The notes beneath the pieces are model-generated. The model worked only from the letters and a program-made list of their open reading frames with translations. It was not told the origin of the DNA and did no database searches. From contig JBHGNT010000015.1 in the NCBI GenBank assembly GCA_043228905.1, forward strand, positions 1,054,001-1,118,000: a stretch of DNA of 64,000 nucleotides, given 5' to 3'. Of the stretch, positions 61,436 through 64,000 are shown in pieces. The DNA is from Azolla caroliniana. Lineage: Eukaryota > Plantae > Polypodiophyta. Numbering within the stretch: the first letter of the stretch is position 1; each line of letters begins with the position of its first letter. Both the position numbers and the translations under genes were made by a program.

Positions 61436-64000
61436 TGTTGGGGTAAAGGCCCTAAATGACCCCCTTATAGTGTGTACATGTGTATAGGCCTATTTATAAA
61501 GGCCAAAAGTCACTAACCACATTTCAGTGTGAACTTGGCCAACCCTAAATGGGTCATATAAAACATAAGTTAAAAACTTTTGGATCACTTCAAAGGTGAC
61601 CTTCTCCAACTATTGCTCTCTCTCTATTTTTTCTACCATAGCTCCACTATTGCATCTAAAGGGCCTATACTAGAGTGAATCCTGAGTATTCCTTAGCCCT
61701 ATTGACATCATTCCTAACCCTTACAACTGGTATTAGAGCAAATTTAGGACTTCTAACTAATGAATGGCTCCTTGATGATAAGCTCAAAGCCATTTTCCTG
61801 CTAATGACCCTACCCAACTCATGGAAGACATTGGTAGTCTCATTGTCTAATAGCCCCAACTTACGTTTCATGGTGTTAGGGGCTCTATACTCAATGGAGA
61901 GATCAGGAGAAAAGCAAGAGGAGAAGGTTAGAGGTAGGAGTTAGGACAAATAAGAGAAGTAACTATGCACATAGGAACAAAAGTAAAAGCCAAGAAAGGA
62001 GAAATAGCAGCAAAGTTAAAAGCAATGACATAACATGCTATCAATGTGCCAGGAAAGGCCACAAGAAACCTGATTGCCGCTCTTACAAAGCAGAACTTAA
62101 AAGAAAAAAGAATTCTGGAGATAAGAGAAAAGACAAGACTAATGCACATGACAGCCAAAAGGACGAAGAGAACGCTAATTTGGCCTCTAATGTAGTAATA
62201 GAGGAGCTATCAGATGTTGAGGGCATTTTATGTGCTACGTTTTCAGCTAATGATACTTACGCATATGATGCCTCTCTAAATATTCATTCAGAGGACATGT
62301 GCATCACTAAGAATGATCTTATTGATGCTTTGCTGACTGTCAATGATGCATTGGCCCAAACATGGATAGTTGACTCTGGTGCTTTATTTCATGTGATTCC
62401 GATCAAGGAGTGTTTTTCTACTTTTACTGTAGGCCGCCATGGCCATGTATACCTTGGAAACAATCATGCATGTTCCATTGAGGGTATTGGCACTGTGCGC
62501 TTTTCTACAAATGGCATTAATGAGCTGGTTTTGCATAATGTGCATTATGTACCAGGGATCAAGAAGAGCTTGCTTTTGGTGGGGCAAATGGATATGCATG
62601 GTTCTAGGATTCACTTTGAGAGAGGATCATGGAAAATGACAGAAGGTTCGAGGCTGATAGTGAAAGGCACAAAGAAAGGAACTCTTTATTGCTTATGGAA
62701 ATGCTATATCAGGCAAATTTATTGCTTTGGTTGAAGTTCACTCCCATATGGAGTTGTGGCATAAGAGACTTGGCTAAAGGCACAAAGCTTGATTTCAGTA
62801 ATGAATGCCAATATGGAAAGCAAGTGAAGCGTTCCTTTTACTCTAGTGTGTCTCGTAAGTCTTGTGTACTGGATCTGTTCATTCTAATGCGTGTCGCATG
62901 CCCACCAAATCTATGGGGGGTGCAATGTATTTTATCTCATTTGTTGATGATTTCTCTAGGAAAATTTGGGTTCAATTGTTTAAATCTAAGGATGAAGCCT
63001 TAGTTGCATTTAAGCGTTTTTATGCATTTGTGACCACTCAAACAGGCAGAAAACTGAAATGTTTGCGTACGAACAATGGTGGTGAATATACAAGTGCTGA
63101 ATTCAAGAAATTTTGTGAAATTTTGGGTATTAAGAGGGAGCTTATTGTTCCATACAGCCCCTCTTCTAATGGTGTGGCTGATCGATATAACATGACACTT
63201 TGTGAGAGAGTGAGATGCATGCTATCCACCGCTAATCTCCCTCATGGATTTTGGGGAGAGGCACTCAAAACTGCAGTGCATGTATGCAATAGATCCCCTC
63301 ACGCATCTGTAAAGGGTGACATCCCTTAAGATGTTTGGTTTGGCAAACCTGCTTCATATGATCACTTACGTGTATTTGGCTGTGAGGCTTTTGTACATAT
63401 AAGGCCTGAGCTGAGAAACAAACTTGATGCCAAGTCCATTAAGGGCCTCTTCATGGGATATGGTGAAAAAGGAGAAATGCGTTATAGGATTTGGATTCCC
63501 CAGCTCAAGAAGGTTATACACAGCCGACATGTTGTTGTCAATGAGGCAAGGCTGCTTCAAAACAATTGTGCCTCAAAAGATGACCATAAAAGGTTTAGTT
63601 ATCAGCATGACCAGCCACCTGTTAGACCCAGTTTTGACCATCAGGATCCACCACAAGGGACTGAAAATATTGATCAATCAGTGGTTTTGGAGCCAGAAGA
63701 TGTTGGACAGCAAGATGAGGATCCTGAGAGGAATATGCAGCCAAATAATAATGCTGAAAATGGCACTGAAAATAATGGACAGCAGCCTAACAATGATGAT
63801 TTAGACATGCCACCTAATGTTGATCCATTACCTAACAATATGGATCATTGGGTGAGACGTTGTACTCGTATAAGACGAAATGTGAGTAGATTTGACCCCT
63901 CGTTGCACTACATAATGTTGACCAATGAGGGAGAACCTCTTACATATAAAGAGGCAAAAGCATGTGAGCACAGCAATAAGTGGGAGCTTGCTATGCAAGA
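61436..64000 (+). mobile_element. Degenerate Ty1/Copia element (5' LTR 61436-61725, PBS, truncated gag, protease, integrase, start of RT), continues past the window
   Basis: TGTTG...TTACA LTR; PBS TGGTATTAGAGC 61728-61739; gag KLKAIFLLMTLPNSW; knuckle CYQCARKGHKKPDC; WIVDSGA; FVDDFSRK/LRTNNGGEY/NGVADRYN; EPLTYKEA...KWELAMQ. Confidence 0.92.

Overview
Eukaryotic nuclear DNA from a land plant, most likely a fern. This is inferred from the PLS-class PPR style, abundant (TATG)n/(AAAT)n microsatellites, Copia and LINE debris, and a putative flagellum-type EF-hand protein. Ten protein-coding genes were reconstructed by hand from GT-AG boundaries: a 13-exon NDR/STK38-like AGC kinase (+), two intronless PLS-E PPR genes (-), a RHY1A-like RING-H2 ligase (+), a FAS1/fasciclin-domain protein (+), an ARGLU1-like RS/Glu-rich protein (-), CCB1 (+), adenylosuccinate synthetase (-), an ATL RING-H2 ligase (+), and a 5'-incomplete uncharacterised EF-hand protein with NPLxPxY/DIPG motifs (-). 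Mobile DNA includes a rearranged Ty1/Copia element (inverted junction with 7-bp microhomology, nested solo LTR with 4-bp TSD), a second Copia in an intron running off the window, LINE and CACTA-like remnants, and two tRNA-derived elements. The most unusual pattern is repeated local tandem duplication centred on exon ends, splice donors and stop codons. Examples are about 8 decayed copies of the NDR exon-1 donor, a triplicated symmetric RS exon, and duplicated donors or 3' ends in three other genes. No CRISPR or rRNA is present.
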